Notes under the pieces: generated by a model | Told to the model about the DNA's origin: nothing | The model's input: the letters and a program-made list of their open reading frames with translations, nothing else | The model's database searches: none | Origin: Lama glama | Taxonomy: Eukaryota | Assembly: GCA_028534125.1 (NCBI GenBank) | Contig: CM052850.1 | Span: forward strand, 1,364,001-1,428,000 | Length of the DNA: 64,000 bases | Reading direction: 5' to 3' | In this document: one piece after another, positions 63,215-64,000 of the stretch | How the letters are laid out: each line of letters starts with the position of its first letter | Numbering within the stretch: the stretch's first letter is position 1 | Translations under genes and position numbers: made by a program

Positions 63215-63465
63215 TGATTTTATTTAACGATCCTGTAGGGCACACCACGCGCCAGGCACTGTTCAGAATGCTTTACTCATGCTAACCAAAATAATGCTGC
63301 AACAATCCTGTGCAACAGGCAATGTTTTAATCCCCATTTTACAGATAAGGATCAAGGTAGAGAGCCTCTCGGTAGCTGGCCTGAGCCCATGCAGCTGGGG
63401 AGTGGTGGAGCTGGATTTGAATCGGGGCGCTCTGGCTCCAGCTCCATGCTCTTAATCACCTGCCG
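63215..63465 (-). mobile_element. MIR SINE
   Basis: gccaggcactgttc...atccccattttacagataagg...gagctggatttgaatc...tgctcttaatcac. Confidence 0.85.
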
Positions 63466-64000
63466 TGCTGCATCTCATGACGGCTCCCTTTGTATCCCGG
63501 CTAGATGCCAGCCTCCCTGCTTTGGCGTAAGAGGAGTGGTGGTAGGGTGAGTACAGCCCAGACCCGGAGGCCAGTGAACCTGGGTCTTTTCTGGGTTATG
63601 CCACTGTCTGGGCAAGTCACCGTGTGCACCTCCCTTAAGCTCTGAGCCCCAGTGCCACATCTCGCAGAGGAGGGAGTGGGCTAGGTGGCTTCCAAACCAG
63701 TCTGACATTGGATGTTCGAAAGGCCTCCATGGAGTGCTCAGCTGTGCTTGGGCCAGGCCATCCCTGCCTCCACCTGGACCTCACCTTGGGGATTTCTGGA
63801 GGAAGATGGAGGCAGGGAGGAAAGTGAACACGCTCGGCAAAAAGCCAGTGGGTGGGCAGCCTCCTTTGGAAATGTGGCAGCTTAATGTGGCTCTGACTGT
63901 GTCCCTCCATGAGAGTGACAGTAAGAGCCTGGATGATATTCTTAACAGGGAGATCCTCTTATGATTATGATACATGCTGGTCCCCATGGTATGATTCCCC

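Noticed and set aside
1-64000. CRISPR array, operon or other novel multi-gene system
   Set aside because: No spaced direct-repeat array or gene cluster; the recurring motifs are explained by known mammalian interspersed repeats

Overview
Mammalian non-coding DNA (intergenic or intronic), probably camelid: the young repeats are a tRNA-Ala-derived Vic-1-like SINE and a matching young L1 family (inference from recalled repeat consensuses, no search run). I can support no intact protein-coding gene. The supplied ORFs are chance ORFs or L1 ORF2 remnants. The only gene-derived sequence I recognise is a near full-length, disabled PPDPF processed pseudogene (minus strand, about 20266-21035) inserted into an old L1. 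The rest is layered repeats: ancient L2, MIR, L3/CR1, hAT MITEs and an MLT1 LTR; older L1M fragments; and young L1 3' ends and SINEs with readable target-site duplications (TSDs). Notable structures are a three-segment twin-primed L1, an L1 nested in another L1's tail, a SINE that keeps an almost perfect tRNA-Ala cloverleaf, and a GC-shifted patch in an L1MB. There is also a promoter-like region at about 61.8-62.8 kb. Four N-runs look like length-preserving masks rather than gaps. I found no evidence of a novel multi-gene system. Old-repeat boundaries and subfamily names are approximate.
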